NCBI GenBank assembly: GCA_003482855.1
Contig: DMXO01000005.1
Coordinates: 99,719 to 163,718, forward strand
DNA from: Candidatus Magasanikiibacteriota bacterium
Lineage (GTDB): Bacteria; Patescibacteriota; Patescibacteriia; Magasanikbacterales; UBA922
DNA: 64,000 bases
Direction: 5' to 3'
Positions 50,336-60,282 of this stretch are shown one piece after another (position 1 is the stretch's first letter; each line of letters opens with the position of its first letter). A program made the translations under genes and the position numbers. The notes under the pieces were generated by a model, which searched no databases, was not told the DNA's origin, and saw only the letters and a list, made by a program, of their open reading frames with translations.

Positions 50336-50493
50336 AATTATAGATAAGTAGTATTATCTATATCTATTGATGCGTCTGACTACAAATAGCATTTTTCAGT
50401 CTAAAGAACGGTAGACGAAATTATCATTAATTTGCCATTTTGTCAATAATATAGTATAATAATTTTTGAATTTTAGCTTAATGTAGCTAAATT

Positions 50494-52542
50494 ATGTCAA
50501 AATTTAAGCTTAAATCCAGTTATAAGCCATCCGGCTCTCAGCCAGACGCTATCAAGGGTCTTGTTTCAGGTTTGGAAAAAGATATACGAACACAGACGTT
50601 GCTTGGTGTTACGGGGAGTGGGAAAACATTTACGATTGCAAATGTTATTGAACAGACCCAGATGCCGACACTGGTAATTGCACACAATAAAACTCTTGCT
50701 GCGCAATTGTGTAATGAATTTCGTGAATTTTTTCCAGACAACGCAGTTGAATATTTTGTCTCGTATTATGATTATTATCAGCCAGAGGCGTATATTCCTT
50801 CTTCAGATACATATATAGAAAAAGAAGCACAGATAAATCAAGAAATAGATCGTCTGCGTCACGCATGCACACAAGCGTTATTATCACGCAAAGATGTAAT
50901 TATTGTTGCTTCTGTTTCTGCGATTTATAATCTGGGTAACCCAAAAGATTATGAGAAAGAAGTTATTCATTTACGTTTGGGTGAGGAGTTAGATCGTCGT
51001 GGAATGATGGAGCGATTGATAAATATGCAATATGAACGTACGAATGCTGATTTAAAACGTGGGCAGTTTCGCATGCGCGGACAAGTATTTGAAATCGTTC
51101 CCGTGAATGAAGAACGAATTTATCGATTTGAAATTTCAAATAAGATTGATGTAATTGAATTAGTCGATCCAGTAACTCGTCAGGTAAAAACAGAATTGTC
51201 TGACGCATGGTTTTTTCCTGCAAAACATTATGTAATATCAGAATCAGAAAGAAATAATGCATTCACATCTATACGCGCAGAATTAGAAGAACGTTTAGCA
51301 TATTTTAAAAAAACTGGGAAAGTATTGGAATATGAACGGCTGAAACGCAAGACGAATTATGATTTGGAAATGATAGAACATATAGGGTATTGCAACGGTA
51401 TAGAAAATTATTCGCGACAGTTTGACGGGCGCAAAGAAGGAGAGCCAGCGTTTACCTTGTTGGATTATTTTAAATGGGGGACAGGGGGCGCGGAACGAGG
51501 AATGGGTAACTTTCTTACTGTTGTTGATGAGAGTCATGTTACTCTTCCGCAAATTCGTGGGATGTTTAATGGTGATAGGGCACGAAAAGATACACTTATT
51601 GAGCACGGATTTAGATTGCCAAGTGCACGCGACAATCGACCGCTTACATTTGACGAATTTATTGCGCGTACACAACACATGATTTTTGTGTCTGCAACTC
51701 CAGCTGATTACGAATATCAGCATAGTGAACAAGTAGTAGAACAGATTGTGAGACCGACAGGTTTAGTCGACCCAGAGATTATTGTGTTGCCTGTGACCGG
51801 AGGAAAGGGGAAGAAATCACAGGTAGAAGATATTATTGAGAGAATCAAAGATCGTATTACAAAAGGTGAACGTACACTTGTCACGACGCTTACGAAAAAA
51901 ATGGCAGAAGATCTGACAGATTATCTCAAAGACCAAAAGATAAAAGTTGCTTATCTCCATAGTGATATTCTGACGATTGAGCGCATAGAAATTATTACTA
52001 AACTTCGCAAGGGAGAAGTTGACGTCATTGTAGGTGTCAATTTGTTACGTGAAGGCCTAGATATTCCAGAAGTTTCTTTGGTTGCTATTTTGGATGCGGA
52101 CAAAGAAGGGTTTTTGCGTAATGAAACCAGTCTTGTACAGACTATTGGCCGTGCGGCACGTAATGTAAATGGACAAGTCGTGATGTATGCCGATGTTTCT
52201 ACTAAGTCAATAGAAAGTGCAATAAGAGAAACTAAACGTCGTCGTGAAATTCAGCTGGCATATAATAAAGAGCATGGCATTACACCTAAGACAATTGAAA
52301 AAAGTATTCGTAATATTCTCGAAGAATTCGGCATTTCTTCGTCAAAAGCAAAAACAGCAAAAGGTGGAAAACGAAAAGAACAATTGCTTAAATTAGATTT
52401 GTCTGGGGACGCGCGTCCTATCAACGAAATTATACAAGATAAAGAACAACAGATGAGAGAAGCGGCAAAAGCTTTGGAATTTGAATTGGCAGCAATTTTA
52501 CGTGATGAGATACGAGAACTAAAATTGTATAAGAAAAAATAA
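50494..52542 (+). CDS. uvrB: excinuclease ABC subunit B
   Basis: YKPSGSQPDAIKGL, GVTGSGKTFT, helicase motifs, and a C-terminal UVR domain. Confidence 0.95.
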   Translation: MSKFKLKSSYKPSGSQPDAIKGLVSGLEKDIRTQTLLGVTGSGKTFTIANVIEQTQMPTLVIAHNKTLAAQLCNEFREFFPDNAVEYFVSYYDYYQPEAYIPSSDTYIEKEAQINQEIDRLRHACTQALLSRKDVIIVASVSAIYNLGNPKDYEKEVIHLRLGEELDRRGMMERLINMQYERTNADLKRGQFRMRGQVFEIVPVNEERIYRFEISNKIDVIELVDPVTRQVKTELSDAWFFPAKHYVISESERNNAFTSIRAELEERLAYFKKTGKVLEYERLKRKTNYDLEMIEHIGYCNGIENYSRQFDGRKEGEPAFTLLDYFKWGTGGAERGMGNFLTVVDESHVTLPQIRGMFNGDRARKDTLIEHGFRLPSARDNRPLTFDEFIARTQHMIFVSATPADYEYQHSEQVVEQIVRPTGLVDPEIIVLPVTGGKGKKSQVEDIIERIKDRITKGERTLVTTLTKKMAEDLTDYLKDQKIKVAYLHSDILTIERIEIITKLRKGEVDVIVGVNLLREGLDIPEVSLVAILDADKEGFLRNETSLVQTIGRAARNVNGQVVMYADVSTKSIESAIRETKRRREIQLAYNKEHGITPKTIEKSIRNILEEFGISSSKAKTAKGGKRKEQLLKLDLSGDARPINEIIQDKEQQMREAAKALEFELAAILRDEIRELKLYKKK

Positions 52543-52543
52543 T

Positions 52544-53197
52544 ATGAAGATTTTTTTGAAATATTTATTTTTGAGTGGATCATTTTTCTGTCTTTTTCTT
52601 TTGGGGGCACTATTTAGATCACAGACTTTATTTTTTCACCATACGTTGAACGTACATTCAGATATTTCGGATATCCCTGTGTTAGATGTTGCGTTGGTTT
52701 TTGGTGCAGGAGTTCGTCCCGATGGGCGGCTAACTGATACACTTCGAGATCGTGTACTTACCGCAATAGAATTATATGAAGAGGGAAAAGTAAAAAAACT
52801 TCTGATGACCGGGGACAATGGAAGGCAAGAATACGATGAGGTAACGGCTATGAAAAAATTTGCTATAGAAAGGGGCATCCCCGAGGAAAATATTGTTCTT
52901 GACTACGCTGGTTTTCGGACTTACGACAGCTGTTATCGTGCGCGTGATATTTTTGGTTTAGACAAATACCGTGTGGTGGCTGTGTCTCAAAAATTTCATT
53001 TACCTAGAATTTTGTATACGTGTAATAATTTTGGTATTGAATCAATTGGATTAATCGCAGATAAAAATACATATGTATATGCGCAGTTGTGGCAAGGAAG
53101 AGAATTTTTGGCTCGTTTCAAGGCATGGTTGGATGTTGAAGTATTTAGACCCAAGCCAAAGTTTCTTGGAAAACAGGAATATGTATTTGATTATTAA
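52544..53197 (+). CDS. DUF218 (SanA/YdcF/ElyC-like) domain protein
   Basis: N-terminal TM, then ALVFGAGVRPDGRLTDTLRDRVLTAIELYEEGKVKKLLMTGDNG, the DUF218 core. Confidence 0.6.
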   Translation: MKIFLKYLFLSGSFFCLFLLGALFRSQTLFFHHTLNVHSDISDIPVLDVALVFGAGVRPDGRLTDTLRDRVLTAIELYEEGKVKKLLMTGDNGRQEYDEVTAMKKFAIERGIPEENIVLDYAGFRTYDSCYRARDIFGLDKYRVVAVSQKFHLPRILYTCNNFGIESIGLIADKNTYVYAQLWQGREFLARFKAWLDVEVFRPKPKFLGKQEYVFDY

Positions 53198-53202
53198 ATT
53201 AA

Positions 53203-53226
53203 AAACACCGTGTGTACGGTGTTTTG
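53203..53226. terminator. bidirectional terminator hairpin between convergent genes
   Basis: ACACCGT-gtgt-ACGGTGT flanked by A-runs on one side and T-runs on the other. Confidence 0.65.
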
Positions 53227-53258
53227 TAAAATGTATTCCTATTGTCTGATAATCTGGT

Positions 53259-53741
53259 CTACTGCACTATTGTCACGTCTTCGATGCTTGTTTCTCCGAG
53301 TATTTCTACTTCTACATCATTACTATACGATTCACACACATCTTGTATCACGGCGCATAGCCTGAAATGTGCAACACCACCCGGCAGTCCAGCCCATGTT
53401 TTTTCACGGTGTGGTTTACCTCTTTCAAACCACCAGGTACTTGGATATGTCGGACTTGCTTCTTTGCCGTATACAATACGCCACCCTTCTGCTTGTTTGG
53501 CTATTTCATCTCCCACATTCCATTCGAACTGCACTGTATTTTTTCCTACTGCCTGGGCGCTCAGACTAATGTTATTTCCCGACACTGTATCTGTAAGATA
53601 TGGGGTCTGCGTAGTATCTGAGGACATTGTGTCTGCTGGTTTAGTTTGTGTTTGGTTGTCTGTGTCTTCTGCCTGACTACAACCGGCTCCTAATGCAAGA
53701 AGCATCAGGATAGAAGCAAAAAAGATATTGGCTTTTTGCAT
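53259..53741 (-). CDS. hypothetical lipoprotein
   Basis: Signal peptide with a lipobox (LLALGAGCSQ) and a Thr/Asp-rich linker. Confidence 0.5.
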   Translation of the reverse strand: MQKANIFFASILMLLALGAGCSQAEDTDNQTQTKPADTMSSDTTQTPYLTDTVSGNNISLSAQAVGKNTVQFEWNVGDEIAKQAEGWRIVYGKEASPTYPSTWWFERGKPHREKTWAGLPGGVAHFRLCAVIQDVCESYSNDVEVEILGETSIEDVTIVQ

Positions 53742-53814
53742 ACATTATCGTTAAAAAATAAGATATAGTGTAGCGTAGCTCTTTTTGTTGTTTTAGGCAA
53801 GTATACCATCTACC

Positions 53815-54189
53815 CTAATTATTTTTAGGTTTGAAATCAAGAGAGTACGAATTGATACAGTAACGCTTGCCTGTCGGCTGTGGACCATCATCAAAAACAT
53901 GTCCCAGATGTCCACCACAATTTTTGCATACTACTTCTGTGCGGTTCATCCCATGGTTTGCATCAGCTCTGAGTTCTATGTTGCCTGACTGTACTACATC
54001 TGAGAAACTTGGCCAACCTGTACCTGAATCGAATTTGGTTTTTGAATCAAATAATTCAATACCGCAGTTGGCACAGGTAAACATGCCATTTTCATGGTGG
54101 TCTAGATATTTACCGGTAAACGGCATCTCGGTAGCTTTATCGAATAATACATCTTTTTGTTTTGGAGTGAGATTTGGGTTTTTATCCAT
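53815..54189 (-). CDS. msrB: peptide-methionine (R)-S-oxide reductase
   Basis: CANCGIELF...GTGWPSF...[16 protein letters not shown]...RYCINS, the SelR/MsrB zinc and catalytic Cys motifs. Confidence 0.9.
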   Translation of the reverse strand: MDKNPNLTPKQKDVLFDKATEMPFTGKYLDHHENGMFTCANCGIELFDSKTKFDSGTGWPSFSDVVQSGNIELRADANHGMNRTEVVCKNCGGHLGHVFDDGPQPTGKRYCINSYSLDFKPKNN

Positions 54190-54366
54190 ATGCGTATATA
54201 TTTATTGACAAATCATACCTACTAAGTATATAATACTAGTGTTCTTTTTTCAATATAGCTGTTATATACCCCTTGTTTATGGGGCTTTTTGACGTTTAGC
54301 CTATTAAATAATTTTAAATTTTTTTACTTTAAAACATATACTGTTTAATTACTGTTTAATCTAACT

Positions 54367-57003
54367 ATGCAAGAAAAAATTATAATTCGTGGAGCTCGAG
54401 AACATAATTTGAAAAACATCAGTCTCGAACTTCCACGCAACAACATGATTGTTTTTACTGGACTGTCTGGATCAGGCAAGTCTAGTCTTGCGTTTGATAC
54501 CATTTTTGCAGAAGGCCAGCGTAGATATATAGAAAGTCTATCTGCATATGCACGTCAATTTCTTGGAGGCATGCAGAAACCTGACGTGGATGAGATAGAG
54601 GGACTGAGCCCAGCCATCTCTATAGACCAAAAGGCGCATAGTTCAAATCCACGTTCTACTGTTGCTACTATTACTGAGGTATATGATTATTTACGTGTAT
54701 TGTATGCGAGAGTCGGAGAACCACATTGTCCTGTTTGTGGAACAAAAATAGAGAAGATGACAGTTGACCAAATTGAAGAAAGAATAATAGAGAATCTGCT
54801 CGGAAGTAAAAAGTTGAAAATAGAAAGTAAAAAGGGTAATGAAATTATCATTTTGAGCCCAGTGGTGAGAGGTAGAAAAGGCGAATATTACCAGATGTTG
54901 TATGATATGTATAATTCTGGATTTTTGAATGTACGCGTGGATGGAAAGATGAAGTCGTTGAAAGAAAGAATTGTACTATCAAAGAATAATAAGCATACGA
55001 TTGAGATTGTTGTGGATAAAATGGAGTTCAGAGTTCTGAGTTCTGAGTTCAGAGACGAAGACAAACAGCGTTTAGCTGAAGCCGTAGAACGCGCAGTAGA
55101 TTTATCAAATGGATTATGCACTGTTATATATCCTGATAAGGAAGAACATATCTACAGTACACAGTATTCGTGTCCCAAAGATGGTTTTAGCTTTCCAGAG
55201 ATTGAGCCAAGGCTTTTTAGTTTCAATAGTCCTTATGGGTATTGCGATTTTTGCACGGGACTTGGTACCAAAGAATTATTTAGTGAAGAAGTATGTCCCA
55301 AATGTGAAGGCAGACGTCTCAATAATAATGCTCTTTCGGTCAAAATTGCTGACAAAAATATTTGGGAAGCAACGAGTCAGACAATTGGGGAGGCAAAATC
55401 TTTTTTTGAAAATCTAATAGAAATATTGGATAAGAAAAAAATGGAAATAGCAGGGACAGCCCTAAATGAGATACACAATAGATTATCATTTTTACATAAT
55501 GTCGGTCTTCACTATATTACACTCAATCGGAGAGCAGGCACTTTGTCCGGCGGAGAGGCCCAGCGCATTCGTCTCGCATCTCAAGTTGGCCAACAGCTTG
55601 TGGGAGCATTATATGTATTGGATGAACCAACTATTGGATTGCACCAAAAAGACAACGATCAACTTGTCTCCACACTTCGTAATTTATGTGATATAGGAAA
55701 TACTATCATTGTCGTGGAACATGACGAAGATACTATTTTGACTAGTGATTGGGTGGTAGATATTGGGCCAGGAGCAGGAACACATGGTGGGAAGGTGATT
55801 TATTCTGGACCGCTCAACTTGCTACTTGAAAGTAAAAAGGAAAAAGTAAAAAATAAAAAGAATGATTCAATTTTAGGCTGCACCATCTTGGGTAATCCAG
55901 AAAATTCATTAACAGGTAAATATTTACGGGGTGAAGAAAAGATTGAAGTACCTGACACGCGTCGCAAAGTTGATGCTTCAACACCAAAAATTAAAATTAA
56001 AGGCGCGAGTGAACATAACTTAAAGACTATTGACGTCGAGATTCCATTGCGTCGTTTTGTTTGTTTGACGGGGGTGTCTGGGTCTGGCAAGTCTACACTC
56101 ATGCACGATATTTTGTATCGTGCGGTTGCAAATAGAATAAATTATTCTGGCCATGTGCCAGAAGAACAAAAAAGACGTGTTGGTAAACACAAACAAATTT
56201 TGAACACGGAATATATAGACAAGATCATAAAGATAGATCAAAATCCGATTGGCCGTACACCACGAAGTAATCCTGCTACGTATACAGGAACATGGACTCT
56301 CATCCGCGATTTGTTTGCGGCGACTCCCGAAGCGCGTATTCGTGGATACAAATCTGGCCGCTTTAGTTTCAACAGGCCTGGTGGGCGGTGTGAGAATTGT
56401 GAAGGACGCGGGGTATTGGAGATCGAAATGCATTTTTTGCCAAGTGTAGAGATAGTATGTGATGTGTGCAAAGGCCAGCGATTTACCCAAGAGACATTAC
56501 AAGTGCATTACAAAAGCAAAAACATTGTAGATGTACTCAATATGACGATAGAAGAAGCGGAAGATTTTTTTGAAGATATTCCATACATCTATGACAAATT
56601 GAAAGTGTTGAACAGTGTAGGACTAGATTATCTGCGCCTCGGACAATCTGCTACAACACTCTCTGGAGGTGAAGCACAGAGGATTAAACTTTCAAAGGAA
56701 CTCGCAAAGAAGAATACGAGCAAGACATTGTATTTACTTGATGAACCTACGACAGGACTTCATTATGATGATGTGAAAAAGTTGATCAGTGTGTTGCAGG
56801 ATCTTGTGTCAAAAGGGAATACTATTTTGGTTATTGAGCATAATTTGGATGTAATTAAGTCGTGCGATTGGATCATAGATCTTGGCCCTGAAGGTGGAGA
56901 CAAAGGTGGCGAAGTAGTGGCGATCGGCACACCCGAGGATATTGCACGGAAAATTACTACCAGCTATACTGGGAAATATCTAGGTCGTGTATTAAAAAAA
57001 TAA
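54367..57003 (+). CDS. uvrA: excinuclease ABC subunit A
   Basis: Two ABC modules (GLSGSGKSSLAFDT, LSGGEAQRIRLA twice) and zinc fingers. It contains three in-frame heptamer-repeat insertions at about 54805, 55024 and 55831. Confidence 0.95.
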   Translation: MQEKIIIRGAREHNLKNISLELPRNNMIVFTGLSGSGKSSLAFDTIFAEGQRRYIESLSAYARQFLGGMQKPDVDEIEGLSPAISIDQKAHSSNPRSTVATITEVYDYLRVLYARVGEPHCPVCGTKIEKMTVDQIEERIIENLLGSKKLKIESKKGNEIIILSPVVRGRKGEYYQMLYDMYNSGFLNVRVDGKMKSLKERIVLSKNNKHTIEIVVDKMEFRVLSSEFRDEDKQRLAEAVERAVDLSNGLCTVIYPDKEEHIYSTQYSCPKDGFSFPEIEPRLFSFNSPYGYCDFCTGLGTKELFSEEVCPKCEGRRLNNNALSVKIADKNIWEATSQTIGEAKSFFENLIEILDKKKMEIAGTALNEIHNRLSFLHNVGLHYITLNRRAGTLSGGEAQRIRLASQVGQQLVGALYVLDEPTIGLHQKDNDQLVSTLRNLCDIGNTIIVVEHDEDTILTSDWVVDIGPGAGTHGGKVIYSGPLNLLLESKKEKVKNKKNDSILGCTILGNPENSLTGKYLRGEEKIEVPDTRRKVDASTPKIKIKGASEHNLKTIDVEIPLRRFVCLTGVSGSGKSTLMHDILYRAVANRINYSGHVPEEQKRRVGKHKQILNTEYIDKIIKIDQNPIGRTPRSNPATYTGTWTLIRDLFAATPEARIRGYKSGRFSFNRPGGRCENCEGRGVLEIEMHFLPSVEIVCDVCKGQRFTQETLQVHYKSKNIVDVLNMTIEEAEDFFEDIPYIYDKLKVLNSVGLDYLRLGQSATTLSGGEAQRIKLSKELAKKNTSKTLYLLDEPTTGLHYDDVKKLISVLQDLVSKGNTILVIEHNLDVIKSCDWIIDLGPEGGDKGGEVVAIGTPEDIARKITTSYTGKYLGRVLKK

Positions 57004-57005
57004 AT

Positions 57006-57659
57006 ATGTCATCTTTGAAAAATAAACGGAGTAAATTTAATGTGATATTAGCAACAGTTTATTATTTCGTCTCTATTTTTATTCCGATCGTCCTGATTAT
57101 GAGTAGATTGGATGAATTAGCTTACGCACAGTCGTGGTACATGTTTACGAGCGGGCTCAGTGCATTGTTTTTGATTATAGGAGGGGGAGCAATGATTAGT
57201 GAATTGTTTCCGCGAGAAAATAGGAAGTCCATTTTACTATTTGTTTCTCTTATTATGAATGCGATTGTGTGGCTCATTATATCAGGGGATTATACGCGTG
57301 CTTACAAAATGGATATTTTGTTTATCAACGGCGTTATCACCTGCACTGGATTTGTGTGGGGTGTTCTCATATCAACCATAGTTGATGCATGGTATGACGA
57401 AGAAGCGGCTGAGAAGGGTGTACATATATCACTTGATACATTTAAAAAGAAATTGGCGTATATAAAAAAACAGCCCGGCATCATTGCTGGGTTTGTTGTT
57501 CTTCTAATTCCTGTTATTTTTATTTCTCACCTTGTAGTAATTGGTTTTGAACTTAACCTGAGTATATCGACATTATCACATTTTTTTGCAGGGTTACTAT
57601 ATATTGTTATGTTGCTCAATGTTTCATTGTCGAATTATAGAGAAATGAAAAAAATGTAA
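57006..57659 (+). CDS. hypothetical 5-6 TM membrane protein
   Basis: Intact ORF with hydrophobic helices; its start overlaps the uvrA stop. Confidence 0.35.
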   Translation: MSSLKNKRSKFNVILATVYYFVSIFIPIVLIMSRLDELAYAQSWYMFTSGLSALFLIIGGGAMISELFPRENRKSILLFVSLIMNAIVWLIISGDYTRAYKMDILFINGVITCTGFVWGVLISTIVDAWYDEEAAEKGVHISLDTFKKKLAYIKKQPGIIAGFVVLLIPVIFISHLVVIGFELNLSISTLSHFFAGLLYIVMLLNVSLSNYREMKKM

Positions 57660-57679
57660 TATTCATCATTTAGCATTTT

Positions 57680-58633
57680 TCATTTATCATTTTGTACCGC
57701 TTCAATCAACATCTGTGCAATTTTCCCATTCCACTGCTTGTATGTTGCTTCGTATGCAAACAATAAGCCTGGGCGAGAGTTTAGTTCGAGAAGTTTGAAA
57801 CCTTCTTTTGTATTCATGAAGTCTGCAGAGTAGAGGAGCGGTCGATATTTGTCTACTTTTGGTTGAATATCGTGGCAAATTATATTTACTACGTCTTTTG
57901 GTATATCTGAAACTTGTACAGTAAAAGAATCACCGCCTTGGGAAACATTTGCCAAGAAGCTTCCTTTTTTGGGCATACGCATGAGGGAGTGAGCTATTTC
58001 CCCATTGATTACCTCGACTCGCAGATCATGATTTCCTTGTACCAGATTGTGGATACCGCACGTTGCATCGAGAAATTCTTGGAGTAAGACATCGTGCCAA
58101 TCATCGTACGTGTGTTCACTCACTTCGCCGGCATTGATAATAAAAATTCCACGTCCTTCAGTGAGATAATTTTTTTTGAGCACAACGCGATCACCATTGC
58201 CAATAGCATATTCCTTCATCTTGCCAATGAATTCTTCATATGAATTGATTAGGTCTGTGCGCGGGGAGATTTCTTCGAATGTCTGAGCTGTGAGATGTTT
58301 ATCAAGAGCAAGCTCGTCAAAATCAGGATGGTTGATCACTTTACAATCATAAATTTTTGGGATTGTATTTTTGTCATCACGATTAAAAATCAAATCTGCC
58401 TTTATTTTATTTTTGTATTCTTTAAGTTCGCCATTATCAAAATACCATCCGTGAGAGAAAACTCCATTCCCCTCGTATGAATTTTTTCCTCGGACAAAGT
58501 AAACGTCGATGGGGTACTTCGTTATGTCAGAGATTACATCCTGGTATCTATCAAAGTATTCACCTTCGTTGAAAGGATAACCCATTGGCTCTGGGTCGGA
58601 GAAGTAAATTGTGATTGTTTTTCTTCTATTCAT
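57680..58633 (-). CDS. ATP-grasp domain protein (RimK/GshB-like)
   Basis: RVVLKKNYLTEGRGIFIINAGE and FKLLELNSRPGLLFAYE are ATP-grasp B/C-domain motifs. The substrate is unknown. Confidence 0.5.
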   Translation of the reverse strand: MNRRKTITIYFSDPEPMGYPFNEGEYFDRYQDVISDITKYPIDVYFVRGKNSYEGNGVFSHGWYFDNGELKEYKNKIKADLIFNRDDKNTIPKIYDCKVINHPDFDELALDKHLTAQTFEEISPRTDLINSYEEFIGKMKEYAIGNGDRVVLKKNYLTEGRGIFIINAGEVSEHTYDDWHDVLLQEFLDATCGIHNLVQGNHDLRVEVINGEIAHSLMRMPKKGSFLANVSQGGDSFTVQVSDIPKDVVNIICHDIQPKVDKYRPLLYSADFMNTKEGFKLLELNSRPGLLFAYEATYKQWNGKIAQMLIEAVQNDK

Positions 58634-58713
58634 AACATAAACAGCATAACGTTAATTTTAGACATTGTCAAAGATTATTAACCATAGTATATTATTGGAT
58701 AATTAAACCACAT

Positions 58714-60003
58714 ATGTTTATATTTGATTCAAAAAAATTTCCAGATAGTCCGGGTATTTATCTATTTTATAATGATAAAAGAGAGCTTATTTATGTTGGA
58801 AAAGCTACGTCTTTGAAAGATAGAGTTGCGTCGTATTTTCGCAACCCCCTCCCAACCTCCCCCTTAAAAATGGGGAGGCGTCCGATTGAGTTGCTTATAA
58901 ATGAAGTATCAGATGTCAAAATAATACAAACTGAATCAGTGTTGGAAGCGATTATTTTGGAAGCTAATACTATTAAGAAATTTCAACCAAAATATAATGT
59001 AGATTTGAAAGATGACAAGTCGTGGAATTATATCGTCATGACTAAAGAAAATTATCCACAAGTAAAAACTGTTCGCCAACATGAAATAGAAAATTCGAAA
59101 TTCGATCCTCGATTTAATCGGGGACGAAATTTGAAATTTAAATTTGGTCCTTATCCAGGGTTAAAAACACGTGAAATGATGAAACTGTTGCAGAGGTTGT
59201 TTTTTATTTCGCACTGTAAGCCTTGCCAGCCTGGTAAGCCTTGTAGGCCTTGTTTGTACTATGCAATGGAACAATGCTTAGGCGTATGTACCGGAGAAAT
59301 TACGTCACAAGAGTATAAAAAGAAAGTTATTCGTCCCTTAGTTATGTTTTTGAGAGGAAACAAAAAAGGCGTTATACGACAACTTGGAAAACAAATGAAA
59401 GAAGAGAGTAAGAAGGAAAATTTTGAAGAAGCTGGTCGTTTGCGAAATCAAATCAGCGCTTTGCAGAGAATACAGGATATAGCATTGTTGAATAAGTCAT
59501 TTACTAGTCAACAAAAATTCGAAATTCGAAATTCGAAATTCGAATTTTCAAGAATAGAAGGTTATGATATTTCAAATTTGGGTGAGGCGGGCAAAGTAGG
59601 ATCCATGGTAGTGTTTGAAAATAGCGAGTCGAACAAATCACAATATAGAAAATTTAAAATCAAAAATGTTCTTGGTCAAAGTGATGTTGGATGTCTTCAT
59701 GAGGTGTTGGAACGCAGATTAAAACATAGTGAGTGGAGAATGCCGAATGTTATTTTGGTAGATGGGGGAGTACCACAGGTCAATAGAACAGTGGAAACTA
59801 TTCGAGTAAATAAATTTAAAATACCAGTCGTTGGCATTGCCAAAGGACCCAAACGTAAGAAGAATGAATTTATTTTAGGGAGCAAAGAAAAAGAATTTGT
59901 GAAGTGGGTAAACAAAAATCAAGAATTGTTGGTTCGTGTGAGGGACGAAGCCCATCGGTTTGCTATCAGCTATCAGAGGAAGTTGCGCAAAATCAAACAC
60001 TAA
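58714..60003 (+). CDS. uvrC: excinuclease ABC subunit C, short form lacking the C-terminal (HhH)2 domain
   Basis: GIY-YIG domain (PGIYLFYNDKRELIYVGKATSLKDR, YNV), UvrBC region, RIEGYDISN, and a C-terminal RDEAHRFAISYQRK. It contains heptamer repeats (aaattcg)x4 and a CCTCCCC/GGGGAGG palindrome insertion. Confidence 0.85.
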   Translation: MFIFDSKKFPDSPGIYLFYNDKRELIYVGKATSLKDRVASYFRNPLPTSPLKMGRRPIELLINEVSDVKIIQTESVLEAIILEANTIKKFQPKYNVDLKDDKSWNYIVMTKENYPQVKTVRQHEIENSKFDPRFNRGRNLKFKFGPYPGLKTREMMKLLQRLFFISHCKPCQPGKPCRPCLYYAMEQCLGVCTGEITSQEYKKKVIRPLVMFLRGNKKGVIRQLGKQMKEESKKENFEEAGRLRNQISALQRIQDIALLNKSFTSQQKFEIRNSKFEFSRIEGYDISNLGEAGKVGSMVVFENSESNKSQYRKFKIKNVLGQSDVGCLHEVLERRLKHSEWRMPNVILVDGGVPQVNRTVETIRVNKFKIPVVGIAKGPKRKKNEFILGSKEKEFVKWVNKNQELLVRVRDEAHRFAISYQRKLRKIKH

Positions 60004-60027
60004 TCTCAACATTAATTTACATCAATA

Positions 60028-60056
60028 AAAAATCGCGTAAATGACGCGGTTTTTTT
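60028..60056 (+). terminator. rho-independent terminator after uvrC
   Basis: AAATCGCGT-aaatg-ACGCGGTTT followed by TTTTT. Confidence 0.75.
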
Positions 60057-60282
60057 ATATTCCACTAAATATTTTATTAAATATGTAATGGAACGGAGGC
60101 GAACGATGGACGTCTACCTCGATGTGTGATGGATCTCCGGTCCATCGTTTCCCTCCATCCCTCCCTTGTGGGAAAAAGAACGTGCGACCCTGCATCGCCT
60201 CATGTCAACCGCCACAGTCGTCGTGGCGATCAGGGTCTTCTTGTCAGGTCACCAGACCGGCTGATCGGGAACTCGGAGTTCC

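Noticed and set aside
59515-59548. Short direct repeats (aaattcg x4; also 16216-16303 and 62721-62818) considered as a possible CRISPR array
   Set aside because: The units are 7 nt with no spacers of 25-40 nt and no cas genes. They lie inside uvrC or form inverted-repeat hairpins. These are simple-sequence arrays, not CRISPR.
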